DNA of 62,514 bases, the filler included, from Nanobdellota archaeon (lineage in GTDB: Archaea > Nanobdellota > Nanobdellia > Woesearchaeales > CAZZGN01): assembly GCA_051819665.1 (NCBI GenBank). It is 6 parts of 6 records of this genome, joined end to end, with 100 filler letters (N's around TTAATTAATTAA, not from the genome) between each part and the next. Parts side by side here need not be neighbours in the genome. Positions count along the whole stretch, not along the records: positions 23,957 to 34,577 come from JBNJDG010000035.1; positions 34,678 to 44,057 come from JBNJDG010000037.1; 4 more parts are not named here. One strand, 5' to 3'. A model generated the notes under the pieces. The model had not been told where the DNA came from. It did not search any database and worked only from the letters and a program-made list of their open reading frames with translations. Of this stretch, positions 29,010-38,675 are shown in pieces. The stretch's first letter is position 1, and the number at the start of each line of letters is the position of its first letter. Made by a program: the position numbers and the translations under genes.

Positions 29010-29198
29010 CTAGTTCCTGGTTTTCACTAGTCTTGTTACGTAACCGGCGATAATGTTCCTTATTTTTCTTGAAGATACTTTAGTGTATTTATCGACCAGC
29101 GCCTTATTCTGTTCAAACTCCTTCTTGAATTCTGAAGGATGTTCTCTTAGCAAGTCATTACTGCATCTTTTTATAAGCATTGTTTTTATTCTTCCCAC
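29010..29198 (-). CDS. rps17e: 30S ribosomal protein eS17
   Basis: MGRIKT..IKR, FEQNK, RNIIAGYVTR. Confidence 0.94.
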   Translation of the reverse strand: MGRIKTMLIKRCSNDLLREHPSEFKKEFEQNKALVDKYTKVSSRKIRNIIAGYVTRLVKTRN

Positions 29199-29273
29199 TG
29201 TAAATCACTGGTCACAGGAACGCAATCTTCATTTATAAAGTTATCGGTTAAATCCTCTTCTCAGGGGTATCTT

Positions 29274-30125
29274 TTATTCATATGCTCTGACTCTGGCTTT
29301 GCTTATGTCTATCTCAGAAGGTATTGCACCTCTTATCTCAGCCACAGCTCCCGCAACCTTGTTCGCAAGACTGAGTTTATCATCTCTTTTATTCAGTAGA
29401 GCATATAAGAAGCCTGCTGTGAAAGCATCTCCACAACCAACAGTGTCTGCAATCTTCCTTTTCAGACCTCTCACTTTGGTCCTTTTCCAGCTATCTCCTT
29501 GTTTCTCGAGGAGCTCAGCACCTTTCTCCCCTTTCGTGATGATAATCTTCCTCAATGAGAAGTTCTTGAGATATCTGATCGGTTCGACATCGAAGATATC
29601 TCTAATCCTCTCTAACTCCTCATCGCTTATCTTCAGGATGTCTGCCCTTTTTAAAGATTCGAAGATCGTCAGCTCGTTCTCTCCTCCCCTTAAGTTCATA
29701 TCGTATATCTTGAGTCCGGGACTGTTGTCTATGAGCTTCTGTATCTCTTTCCGGTTCCTCCTCTGGGCCAGGCTGCCGTAATAGATGACATCAGAGTCCT
29801 TCACGAAACGGAGGCTCTTTTTCGTGGCCCTTATGTAATCATAAGCGACTTTATCCTTTATGTTGAATGTATGTTTTTTCCCCTTCATGCTGACCTTAAC
29901 TGCACCTGTCTCGACATTCCTCTTCTGGATTATATGGTTGATCTTCCTGTTCCTTACGAAATCGGTGATCTCCTTGCCCAGCTTGTCCTTGCCGACAGCT
30001 GTTATTATACCTGTATTCAGCCCCAGAAGCTTTCCCATTAATGCAACGTTCAGCGGGGCTCCGCCGATCCTCTTCTCTCTGCCGAATATATCGAATAAGG
30101 TCTCTCCTATGCATAGAATGTCCAT
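29274..30125 (-). CDS. PfkB-family carbohydrate kinase (probable fructokinase)
   Basis: CIGETLFD, GGAPLNVA, YGSLAQR, DMNLR, DTVGCGDAFTAG. Confidence 0.9.
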   Translation of the reverse strand: MDILCIGETLFDIFGREKRIGGAPLNVALMGKLLGLNTGIITAVGKDKLGKEITDFVRNRKINHIIQKRNVETGAVKVSMKGKKHTFNIKDKVAYDYIRATKKSLRFVKDSDVIYYGSLAQRRNRKEIQKLIDNSPGLKIYDMNLRGGENELTIFESLKRADILKISDEELERIRDIFDVEPIRYLKNFSLRKIIITKGEKGAELLEKQGDSWKRTKVRGLKRKIADTVGCGDAFTAGFLYALLNKRDDKLSLANKVAGAVAEIRGAIPSEIDISKARVRAYE

Positions 30126-30126
30126 T

Positions 30127-30627
30127 TCAATACCTCCTGTAATCTCCCGGTTCGATGTCCTTTATCTTCGCTTTCTCTTTCAGCGTATCTCCCAGATTTT
30201 CATTATAATCCTTCGGGGAATGGATTATATCCAGCTTCCCGCTCCAGATGTTCTTCTCTATCTTAGGATAAGTATCATCCTTGTCCTTTTTCTTTATCAT
30301 ATCAAGGGCTTCTTTCCTTATCTCCTCATACCCATACTGTGGGTTGTTTTTATATGTTTCCTTGTCCGGCAGTTCGTTTTTGCTGTAATCGCCTTTGTTT
30401 TCTATATCATAATCTATATTCTCACCCTGTTCAGTAGCAGCTTCTTCCTCAACCTCCTTCTCGAGAGGCTTCTCACTCTCTTTGCTCATCCATATCTTCG
30501 CACAGTCTGGTGTACAGAAATTAGCCTTGGTCACATTGCCTTCTTTCTTCTTGATGAACCTGAAATAAGTGTAATCTCCATCCCTTTTGATTTCTTTTCC
30601 GCAGTTTCTGCATATGATCGGTTTCAT
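30127..30627 (-). CDS. hypothetical protein with N-terminal CxxC...FCxxxC zinc finger
   Basis: CRNCGKEI...NFCTPDC; translationally coupled to the invertase gene. Confidence 0.7.
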   Translation of the reverse strand: MKPIICRNCGKEIKRDGDYTYFRFIKKKEGNVTKANFCTPDCAKIWMSKESEKPLEKEVEEEAATEQGENIDYDIENKGDYSKNELPDKETYKNNPQYGYEEIRKEALDMIKKKDKDDTYPKIEKNIWSGKLDIIHSPKDYNENLGDTLKEKAKIKDIEPGDYRRY

Positions 30628-31889
30628 CTGAAATTGAAAATGTTGAAGTCTTCTTTTATGCTCTTATAAGCAAGGATATAGGCTGAGGCAGACCATGCCT
30701 GTTCTTTCTTTCCCTTCGAATCGGCTGTCTGGCCGTGCATGTACTCGTTGAAATCCCAGTTGTTCTTCTCGAGGAGCTCAGCAAGCTTGTATAGTTCTTC
30801 TTCCGCTTTATTGGTATAGCCTATCTTATCGAGAGCGTATATCCAGAAACCTGCGATCATAGGCCAGAGACCTCCGTTGTGATATGTATGTGTCTGCTCT
30901 TTCTTCTCGTAGACGTATTCCCAGCCTCTCTCGTGCTTGTATACAGGCGGGTGAAGAGCCTTGATAGGATAAGGCTTATTGACCTTGTTCCTCAATGCAT
31001 GATTTATAATCATCCTTTTCTTCTTCTTGTTCGCTATATCTGTCACGATGGCCAGTATATTACCCAGGCTGTCGAACCTCCATTCCCAGTGTATCTTGAA
31101 GGGTTTTAGGTGCGACTGGTAGTAGCTGTATGTCTTCTCCTCGATGTTCTCCATGATCATGTATTCATCTTTGATATCCTTTATGTTGTCCTTGGTGAAC
31201 CAGAAGACCTGATTGATCCTCTTCTTCACTTTGGGCTTTCTGAGCCTGATCCATCTTATCCTTTTCCTGATCCTCTTCCTGATGTCCTCGTCCTTTGTCT
31301 TTTCGTATCCTCTCTCAAAGAGATATATGAGTGCTTTGAGGGCTTCGTAATAGAGACATTCATCATAAAGTACGTGGTAACTTCGGTTCATGACATCTGC
31401 CCAGTCGCCAGCTGTTGGAACTTCCATGAGGCCGCAGTTATTAGAGTCAAAAGCCTTGAAGAGCCTATAGAACCTCCTGTACCTGAGCATGTTCGTCTTG
31501 GAGAGGAAGGTCTTGTTTTTAGTCCTCTTATGCATGATAGCGCATGCGATGACGATCCAAAGGTTGGAATCCACAGAGGTTATTGATCCGAATCCTCCAT
31601 ATACTTTCTTCTTATTCTCTATCTCTACATAACTCGGCACTTGTCCGTGGTCTATCTGGTTACGGAGGAGGAAGAATATGCCTGTCTCAGCGGTCTCTAT
31701 AAGATCCTCATCACCTGTCAATATAGCACCAATGGAAGTTATGCAATGGTCCCTGGCCCAGACGGAATAATAATTCTCCTTTCTCTCGGTGCTTGCGGAA
31801 AAACCGTACTTAGATTGGTTCTTCCTGAGAACATCCACAGCTTTCCTGTATCCTTCCTCAATCTTTTCCTCTTTCTTATGGCGGCTCAT
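30624..31889 (-). CDS. GH100-like alkaline/neutral invertase
   Basis: NYYSVWARD, SVDSNLW, AGDWAD, RFDSLGNILA, YHNGGLWP, FNEYMHG, QAWSA. Confidence 0.82.
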   Translation of the reverse strand: MSRHKKEEKIEEGYRKAVDVLRKNQSKYGFSASTERKENYYSVWARDHCITSIGAILTGDEDLIETAETGIFFLLRNQIDHGQVPSYVEIENKKKVYGGFGSITSVDSNLWIVIACAIMHKRTKNKTFLSKTNMLRYRRFYRLFKAFDSNNCGLMEVPTAGDWADVMNRSYHVLYDECLYYEALKALIYLFERGYEKTKDEDIRKRIRKRIRWIRLRKPKVKKRINQVFWFTKDNIKDIKDEYMIMENIEEKTYSYYQSHLKPFKIHWEWRFDSLGNILAIVTDIANKKKKRMIINHALRNKVNKPYPIKALHPPVYKHERGWEYVYEKKEQTHTYHNGGLWPMIAGFWIYALDKIGYTNKAEEELYKLAELLEKNNWDFNEYMHGQTADSKGKKEQAWSASAYILAYKSIKEDFNIFNFR

Positions 31890-31952
31890 ATCATGTCCAT
31901 AATGTTCAGTGTTTTTATATTTTGCGACCCGAAAGAGTTATAAATAATTCAT

Positions 31953-33299
31953 ATGATGAATAGAATAATTATGGTAACCCAAAAAGAGAGGCATGAGGAT
32001 TTCAGGAAATCAGGAAGGAAACATATATTATTGATAACCAATCATGGCTGTCATTCAAGGGAGATCCATGTGACGACTGATACCGGAGGACAGAATTTCT
32101 ATGTTAATGATTTTGCCAAGGCCCTCCTCAAGCTGGGTTATAAGGTCACTATCCTCAACAGGGGTGGTTACAGGCATCCTGTTACAGGCAAGATGCACAA
32201 AGGGGTTTTCTATTATGATGAAACTTTCGGGAAGATGGGTGAGTACTGCAGGCTCCTTTACCTCGAGGACAGCATAAAATCCTTTGTCCCTAAAGAGAAA
32301 CTCAAGCTCAAACATCTCTCGGAGGAAGTTGATTTCTTCTTTGATAAAGCACATAAGCTCGGCATGAAGCTGGAAGATATTTTCTTCATATCCTCCCATT
32401 ACTGGGATGGTGGTATAGTGGGCACGTTGATAAACAGAAGGCTCGGCAGGAAAGTGCCTCATCTCTGGACACCCCATTCTCTTGGAAAGCTCAAGAGATA
32501 CAATTACAGGAACAAGCCGAAGTGGATAATAAGGAGGCTGAATTTCCCCACCAGGATAAGGAACGAGGAGAAGGTCCTTTCGGAAGTGGACGGTGTTGTC
32601 TCCACCTCGGGTAAGATAACGAACACTTTGGAGAAATATAACAACAAACCTCCCAGGTATTGGTTCCCTCCTGGTATAGATATGAAGGTCTTCAGGCCCA
32701 GGAAGAACTGTAATAAAGCTGTGAAACTGATAAATGAGTTTGCGGGCAGGCAGATATATGATAAGGGCAAGAAAGTCTTCCTTGAAGTGAGCAGGACAGC
32801 AAGACCTAAACAGAAAGACGTTGTGATGAAAGCCTTCTCGAAGGTGAAGGATAATGCTATACTTGCGATGACTATAGATAAGGAGACTAATACCTATGAT
32901 GAGATCATGGAACTTAAGAAGGAGCTGGATAGTGATAATATAATCCTCCTCGACCGTTTCCTTGAGCAGGATGAGATAGCCCAGCTTTTCTCCCTTGCTG
33001 ATGTTTATGTTACTGCTTCAGTTATGGAAGGCTGGGGCATGTCGGTCCAGCAGGCCGCTGCATCCCGTTGTGCTATTATCTCTTCAAAGTATGTGCCTTT
33101 TGTCAATGAGGTGCTCAAGGAAAAAGCCTTCGTGGTGGATAATAAGGTGAGCAGTTATGCTTCACAGATACAGGAACTGGCGGACAATCCTGAGAAAGCA
33201 GCTGAGAAAGCGGAAGAGATTTATGAGATCGCTAAAGGATATTCATGGGAAGCGCTCAGCAGGAGGCTTATAAAGGAGATGAGAAGATGTTTGTTCTAG
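31953..33299 (+). CDS. GT4 glycosyltransferase of the sucrose-phosphate / mannosylfructose-phosphate synthase type
   Basis: LLITNHG, DTGGQ, FVPKE, SSHYWDGG, TPHSLG, NFPTRIRNE, EGWGM. Confidence 0.82.
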   Translation: MMNRIIMVTQKERHEDFRKSGRKHILLITNHGCHSREIHVTTDTGGQNFYVNDFAKALLKLGYKVTILNRGGYRHPVTGKMHKGVFYYDETFGKMGEYCRLLYLEDSIKSFVPKEKLKLKHLSEEVDFFFDKAHKLGMKLEDIFFISSHYWDGGIVGTLINRRLGRKVPHLWTPHSLGKLKRYNYRNKPKWIIRRLNFPTRIRNEEKVLSEVDGVVSTSGKITNTLEKYNNKPPRYWFPPGIDMKVFRPRKNCNKAVKLINEFAGRQIYDKGKKVFLEVSRTARPKQKDVVMKAFSKVKDNAILAMTIDKETNTYDEIMELKKELDSDNIILLDRFLEQDEIAQLFSLADVYVTASVMEGWGMSVQQAAASRCAIISSKYVPFVNEVLKEKAFVVDNKVSSYASQIQELADNPEKAAEKAEEIYEIAKGYSWEALSRRLIKEMRRCLF

Positions 33300-34111
33300 C
33301 CACTGATCTTGACCGGACGCTTTTCCCCAACGGGCTCCAGGAATATGATGAAAGTATGAGCCTATTCTCGCAGGTAATAAAGAAGGAGAGACCTAAGTTG
33401 ATCTATGTCACGGGGAGGAATATAGAACAGGTTAAGGAAGGCATGAAAGAGTTCCATGCTCCTATGCCTGATCACCTTGTCCTTGAAGTCGGGACAAAGG
33501 TCTACAATAATGTTGACGGGAAATTTGTGGAGGATGAAGGCTGGATAGATACAATCAAGTCAGTCACAAGTAACTGGAATGTCAATACCTTCAGGCAGGA
33601 ACTTTCTGTTATAAAAAGCCTTAGGCTCCAGGAAGAGCATAATCAGAATCGCTTCAAGCTGAGCTATTATCTTGATGATCCTGATAATTCAGAAACGATA
33701 GTGAGAGAGGTAACGAGGATAATCAAATCAATATGTGAAGATGCCTGTATTGTTTATAGCGAGGACGAGACTCACGGAGTGGGTCTTCTGGATATACTCC
33801 CTAAGAGAGCCACCAAGGTTGAAGGCCTCGAATACCTTAGGAGAAAGCTCGGCTTCTCCATGGAAGATATTGTATATTCAGGTGATAGTGGGAATGATAT
33901 CCTTCCGCTGACTTATGGTTACAGGTCCATTCTCGTCAGGAATGCAAAGGAGGATGTGAGGAACACGGTGAGGAACATGATGCTCGAGAAGAATATACTT
34001 GACCGCCTTCACCTATGCAAAGGTTACGGCAGACTAAACGGTCATTATGTTTCGGGAATATTAGAGGGGCTCATCCATTTTGCCCTGATAGATGAAGACT
34101 ACATTCTTTGA
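33287..34111 (+). CDS. HAD-IIB sucrose-phosphatase-like (SPP/MFPP) phosphatase
   Basis: ATDLDRT, YVTGR, FKLSYY, LDILP..ATK, SGDSGND; true start ATG 33287 overlaps the GT4 gene. Confidence 0.88.
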   Translation: MFVLATDLDRTLFPNGLQEYDESMSLFSQVIKKERPKLIYVTGRNIEQVKEGMKEFHAPMPDHLVLEVGTKVYNNVDGKFVEDEGWIDTIKSVTSNWNVNTFRQELSVIKSLRLQEEHNQNRFKLSYYLDDPDNSETIVREVTRIIKSICEDACIVYSEDETHGVGLLDILPKRATKVEGLEYLRRKLGFSMEDIVYSGDSGNDILPLTYGYRSILVRNAKEDVRNTVRNMMLEKNILDRLHLCKGYGRLNGHYVSGILEGLIHFALIDEDYIL

Positions 34112-34577
34112 CGATCTTAGCCCCCAGCTTTGCTGTAAGGCCCTTGTCAAGCTCAGGATTTATTTCCACTAAATCTACCATCGTCAGATTGTGAAGTTCC
34201 CTGAACCTCTGCAGTAAGAAGAGGAGCTCTCTCGAGGTAAGGCCACCTGATTCTGGATAACCGGTTCCCGGAGCGAAAGCAGGATCCACGATGTCTATGT
34301 CTATCGAGACATACGTTGAACTCCATCTCCTTGCTATCGACATGACCGCTTCAGAGACTTCCCTGAGGCCCTCGAAACTGATCTCTTTCATCGTGAAATA
34401 CCTTATCCCGTTTTTCTCGAGAAAATCCAGCTCGTCCTTATGCCAGTTCCTTATGCCTAAGATGATTATGTTCTCCGGCTTCAGGTCCTTATTGTTCACA
34501 AGGCCTCTGATGAGGTCCTCATGGCTCGGAGGCATGAAATCACTTTCACAGTCTGGATGGGCATCGAGCATTATCAA
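34071..34577 (-). CDS. arginase/agmatinase (ureohydrolase) family protein, 5'-truncated
   Basis: DAHPD, SIDIDIVDPAFAPGTG..ESGG, DLVEINP. Confidence 0.9.
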   Translation of the reverse strand: MIMLDAHPDCESDFMPPSHEDLIRGLVNNKDLKPENIIILGIRNWHKDELDFLEKNGIRYFTMKEISFEGLREVSEAVMSIARRWSSTYVSIDIDIVDPAFAPGTGYPESGGLTSRELLFLLQRFRELHNLTMVDLVEINPELDKGLTAKLGAKIVKECSLHLSGQNG

Positions 34578-34677
34578 NNNNNNNNNNNNNNNNNNNNNNN
34601 NNNNNNNNNNNNNNNNNNNNNTTAATTAATTAANNNNNNNNNNNNNNNNNNNNNNNNNNNNNNNNNNNNNNNNNNNN
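34578..34677. other. artificial contig-joining linker
   Basis: N44-TTAATTAATTAA-N44. Confidence 0.98.
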
Positions 34678-35340
34678 GATTCCCCACTAGTATTGACATC
34701 CAGGCTTACACCTTCGGAAGTGGATGATATGGCACATGGTGTTGATGTGCCGTGGAGGTATCCTTTAGAACTTTATGAGGCTGCCCTTGAGTGCAAGTCA
34801 TCCAAGGAGATGGAGATGGACCAGATAGAAGGAAGACTTGATACACCTCAGCAGTATGAGGGTATGGGGTTTACCCATGATATAAGAAGCATAAATGATG
34901 GTGTCTCTATATCGGCATATAAGGTTCTTCCGACGATGGAGGACAAACTCAAGAAACAGATGGAACTTGCAGAGATAATAAGGGCAGTGGATCTGACTGA
35001 TGTAGCGTCTTCAGTGATAAACAAACATTTCCTCAAGGACATAAAAGGTAATCTCAAGAAATTCTCCCAGCAGCAGTTCAGGTGTGTAAAGTGCAATGAG
35101 AAGTTCAGGAGACCTCCGCTTATCGGGAAATGCACTAAATGCGGGGCGAAGATAATATTCACAATCTCGGAAGGTTCAGTAGGCAAGTATCTTGAGCCGA
35201 GCATAAGTCTTGCCAGGAAGTATCATGTCTCTCCTTATATACAACAGAACCTTGAGCTCATCAAGAGGAGCTTTGAAGCGGTTTTCGGCAAGGACAAGGA
35301 CAGGCAGGCAAATCTGGGTGATTGGTTTGGACAGACCTGA
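34678..35340 (+). CDS. polC: DNA polymerase D large subunit DP2, C-terminal part
   Basis: HFLKDIKGNLKKFSQQQFRCVKCNEKFRRPPL.GKC..CG, C-terminal PIP-like QANLGDWF. Confidence 0.95.
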   Translation, partial: DSPLVLTSRLTPSEVDDMAHGVDVPWRYPLELYEAALECKSSKEMEMDQIEGRLDTPQQYEGMGFTHDIRSINDGVSISAYKVLPTMEDKLKKQMELAEIIRAVDLTDVASSVINKHFLKDIKGNLKKFSQQQFRCVKCNEKFRRPPLIGKCTKCGAKIIFTISEGSVGKYLEPSISLARKYHVSPYIQQNLELIKRSFEAVFGKDKDRQANLGDWFGQT

Positions 35341-35773
35341 AGTGATCGTGAATTCAGCTGTATATAATGGGGATGATATTCTCCTTATAAAGAGGAACAA
35401 ACAGCCTTTCAAAGGAAAGTGGGCGCTTATTGGGGGAAAACTGGAGACAGGTGAAAGCATACCGGAAGCAGCTGTCAGAGAGGTGAAGGAAGAGACAGGT
35501 CTTGACACGGAATTTATCGGCATAAAAGGAGTATATAATGAAGTTGCTGATGTGGAAGGTGAAAGGAGAGGATTCCTTTTCATACTATGTGAGGTGAGGG
35601 CAGAGAACAGGAGGGTTACAGAGAGCAGAGAAGGTTCTCTCTCATGGTTTTCCGTATTGCCTGAGGATATGGTCCCCCAGGACAGATGGAGACTTTCGAA
35701 TAATTCAGAGGTAGATATACCAGAGCTGAGGATCACTCAGGAAAAGGGCAGTGTGAGGTTCAAAACAGAATGA
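35327..35773 (+). CDS. NUDIX hydrolase
   Basis: GGKLETGESIPEAAVREVKEETGL Nudix box; start uncertain (GTG 35318 or TTG 35327). Confidence 0.9.
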   Translation: MDRPEVIVNSAVYNGDDILLIKRNKQPFKGKWALIGGKLETGESIPEAAVREVKEETGLDTEFIGIKGVYNEVADVEGERRGFLFILCEVRAENRRVTESREGSLSWFSVLPEDMVPQDRWRLSNNSEVDIPELRITQEKGSVRFKTE

Positions 35774-36327
35774 AGATCATTATAGTCTATGCACATCCCA
35801 ACAAGGAAGGTAATTGCGGGCATTTGCTTTCGATAGTGAAGGAGAACATTGAGGAGCTCGGTCATGAACATCGTGTCCTGGATCTTTACAAAGAGGGTTA
35901 TGATCCGGTCATGAAGAACGAGGAGCATTACACTTCCGGCCGTAAGAAAATTGCCAAAGATACTGAGTATTATCAGAGGCTATTTAAAGAGAACGACCGT
36001 TTTGTGTTCATCTACCCTACATGGTGGAATTCTCCTCCGGCGATCCTTAAAGGTTTCTTCGACAGGACCTTTACAGGCGGATTCTCTCATAAGTTCAGCA
36101 AAGGTATGCCCGTCGGGCTCCTCAATGGGAAGGCTTCGGTCATAAGCACATCCGGGAGTCCGGCTTTCATCCAGAAGATGAGGAACAGGTCTATAAACAT
36201 AGTCGTAAAGGATGTTCTGAGATTCTCAGGTATCGACGCCCGTGGTTATCTTATAGGCTCTGCCACTTGGTTAAGGAAGAAAAAGATCGAGAAAGTAGCT
36301 GAAAAAGCAGTCAAAGCTCTAATCTAG
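35770..36327 (+). CDS. flavodoxin-fold NAD(P)H-dependent oxidoreductase (MdaB/KefF-like)
   Basis: YAHP, LDLY, YPTWW..PPAILKGFFDR. Confidence 0.9.
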   Translation: MKIIIVYAHPNKEGNCGHLLSIVKENIEELGHEHRVLDLYKEGYDPVMKNEEHYTSGRKKIAKDTEYYQRLFKENDRFVFIYPTWWNSPPAILKGFFDRTFTGGFSHKFSKGMPVGLLNGKASVISTSGSPAFIQKMRNRSINIVVKDVLRFSGIDARGYLIGSATWLRKKKIEKVAEKAVKALI

Positions 36328-36607
36328 TCACCTGGATATGAGGTATATTATCTATCTTAAGAACATCTTCTTCTTTAGTCAGTCCTTCTTTTATGAGGAA
36401 ATCGACACTTTCTTCGCCTGCAGCGTTGATCGAACTTACGGTCTTTGTGAACTGTCTGGCATAATCATGGCTTATCTTTTTCCCATCATAAAATGGGGAA
36501 GAGAGGTCAAGAATTTTCTCTCCTTCCTCGAAGGTCTTCCCGAGGATGTTCTCATCACACAGGGTCATCACAGACCTTCCGTCCTTATGGTGTATCCTTG
36601 ATATCAT
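36311..36607 (-). CDS. DUF424 family protein
   Basis: CDENILGK.F, FYDG, NAAGEESV, IPHIQ; coupled to aIF2-beta. Confidence 0.85.
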   Translation of the reverse strand: MISRIHHKDGRSVMTLCDENILGKTFEEGEKILDLSSPFYDGKKISHDYARQFTKTVSSINAAGEESVDFLIKEGLTKEEDVLKIDNIPHIQVTRLEL

Positions 36608-37014
36608 ATTTTAGAATGGATCGGTGTCTTGGCACCACATGCGGTGCATTTGAGGAACTGTATGTTCTTCTCTTTCTCTATATTAGTATCAGGCTTACCG
36701 CATTCAGGGCAGATCACGAATTGTCTTGAATATAGCTTGATCTTGTCGTTTATCTTTGAAGCGGGGATCTTGCTTCCCATTATGACTTCGCCGGTCTTTT
36801 TCATATTACCCGGCGTGGCAAGTTCTTTAAGGATGAACTTGAACATGTGCTGGGGATCTCTTCCTAGGGTTGAGGCAATCTCGCTGAAATTACTCAGGAC
36901 AGTCTTGTTACCCTGGATGTGTCCTTTCACCTTAGGTATCTCGAACCTTTCAGCTTCGTGGATAGAGTCCGGAAGTTCTTCCCTGCCTTTCTTAAGCATT
37001 TCTTCGTAATCCAT
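36604..37014 (-). CDS. eif2b: translation initiation factor aIF2 beta subunit
   Basis: ERFEIP, KELATPG, VICPECGKPDT, CTACGA. Confidence 0.95.
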   Translation of the reverse strand: MDYEEMLKKGREELPDSIHEAERFEIPKVKGHIQGNKTVLSNFSEIASTLGRDPQHMFKFILKELATPGNMKKTGEVIMGSKIPASKINDKIKLYSRQFVICPECGKPDTNIEKEKNIQFLKCTACGAKTPIHSKI

Positions 37015-37147
37015 ATAATATATTGGGAGAGTTTCTTGATTTATAAATCATTCGATAAACAAGCTGGTTTTCAGTGATTATATCAGGAAAATCCTTCTGT
37101 AGGTCATGCAATAAATTATAAATACTCGCTCTCTCAGGTTCATTTAG

Positions 37148-38008
37148 ATGGTCCTTGAATATCTCGGAATCAATATGAAAGAGAAGCCGAAGTTCCTTGT
37201 CTTAGGCATGCTTTATTTCGGCGTCGCTCTCGCTTTCTCATTCCTTCTCTTTGACCAGAGCAAAGGCCTTTTTACAGTCTTCTTCACAGTCCTTGCTGCT
37301 GTGCCTTTCTTTTACAGGACCATAGAGAGAGAGGAAGAGTTTGATATAAAACACAGGGACGAGAAGAACCTTCTCACTTATCATTCCAGGACCATAGGAA
37401 AGTTCCTCATGTTCTTTGTCGGTGTGATGATCGCTGTTATCATCACGGTGATAATACTCTCTCCTGCCCAGGTGCAGGACACATTCGATGCGCAGGTCAA
37501 TGCGATCGAGAATATAAACCCCACTCTTGCTGAAAATCTTTTTTCGATTACCGGGAATTCTGTTTCAGGCGTGGAGAGCATGTTCGATATATTCCTCTCC
37601 AATATAGGCGTCCTTGTGGCATGTATAGTCTTTTCCATGATTTATGGTTTAGGGGCCCTTTATGTAATAACATGGAATGCTACTGTCATCGGTGTGGCAA
37701 TAGCTGCACTCTTCAAGACCGAACTTGCAGCGCTTTCCGGTTTCGGTTTCTGGAGCGCTTTGTCAGTGCTCGGTTCCTCCCTGCTGAGATTCTCTCTTCA
37801 TGCCCTTCCTGAGATAATAGCCTTCATCATTGCAGGTCTTGCAGGAGGTATAATCTCTGTCGCTGTTATAAGGCACCATCTGGCATCAGAAGAAGGTCTG
37901 CGTATCATGAAGGATGCCTTCGTGCTCGTAGGATTATCTGTCGGCCTGCTCCTCATAGCAGCTGTAATAGAAGTCTATGTCTCTCCATTCGTCTATTCTT
38001 TATTCTAG
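37148..38008 (+). CDS. SpoIIM-family membrane protein
   Basis: Multiple TM helices; IF.SN, WNA..IG, H..PEI, AAVIEVY. Confidence 0.82.
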   Translation: MVLEYLGINMKEKPKFLVLGMLYFGVALAFSFLLFDQSKGLFTVFFTVLAAVPFFYRTIEREEEFDIKHRDEKNLLTYHSRTIGKFLMFFVGVMIAVIITVIILSPAQVQDTFDAQVNAIENINPTLAENLFSITGNSVSGVESMFDIFLSNIGVLVACIVFSMIYGLGALYVITWNATVIGVAIAALFKTELAALSGFGFWSALSVLGSSLLRFSLHALPEIIAFIIAGLAGGIISVAVIRHHLASEEGLRIMKDAFVLVGLSVGLLLIAAVIEVYVSPFVYSLF

Positions 38009-38674
38009 GATCTTGACTCTGCCGGGTTTCACTTCGAATATCTCCCCCTCATTGAGGAGGTTATTGATTATCTCTTCTGTATTTTCCTTAGAGCTCTCTT
38101 CCACTATCTTTTCTATATCTGCCCCATTACCATCATCATGTTTCTTTATAAGTTCGAAGAGGTCCTCATGTTCATTCTTCCCAACAGCCATCTCTTCAAC
38201 TACTTCTTCTTTAGGGCCTTCCTTCACCGGCTCTTCTTCCGCTTTCTCTTTCACCTCTTCCTTCTTCGGCTGTTGTTCAGGAGGTGCCTCTGCAGGGGCT
38301 TCATTCCTGAGCTTCTCTATCTCTTTCTTCCTTACCTCAACCCATTTCTCATTCTTTATCTTCTTGACAATCTCAGGCACAATATAATTCTCATCGTTGT
38401 ATTCCCTTGGTTTGCCGATGACCATGACAATATCCCCCATCTCTAATTCAGGTATATGGATGTTATCATCGAAGATCCTGACCATTATATTATCCGAGCC
38501 GTCATCGACATAGAAACTATTCTCATCATTCGAGATTATAACACCTATTACATTGACCCTTGAGACCTTTATCCCTCTTATCATGATGTAGTTAGGGTCC
38601 CATTCGCCTTCTGACTTTGTGTAAGTTGAATTCTTTATCTCGTCTATACCTACTATATGTGCTGTTTGTCTCAT
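38000..38674 (-). CDS. RPA32-like OB-fold protein with C-terminal winged helix
   Basis: VSRVNVIG, VDDGS, VIGKPREY, LLNEGEIFEVKPG. Confidence 0.82.
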   Translation of the reverse strand: MRQTAHIVGIDEIKNSTYTKSEGEWDPNYIMIRGIKVSRVNVIGVIISNDENSFYVDDGSDNIMVRIFDDNIHIPELEMGDIVMVIGKPREYNDENYIVPEIVKKIKNEKWVEVRKKEIEKLRNEAPAEAPPEQQPKKEEVKEKAEEEPVKEGPKEEVVEEMAVGKNEHEDLFELIKKHDDGNGADIEKIVEESSKENTEEIINNLLNEGEIFEVKPGRVKILE

Positions 38675-38675
38675 T

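Noticed and set aside
29860..30669. 269-aa hydrophobic plus-strand ORF, and many similar antisense ORFs throughout the window
   Set aside because: Shadow of purine-rich coding genes on the opposite strand (F/L/S-rich); no independent support.
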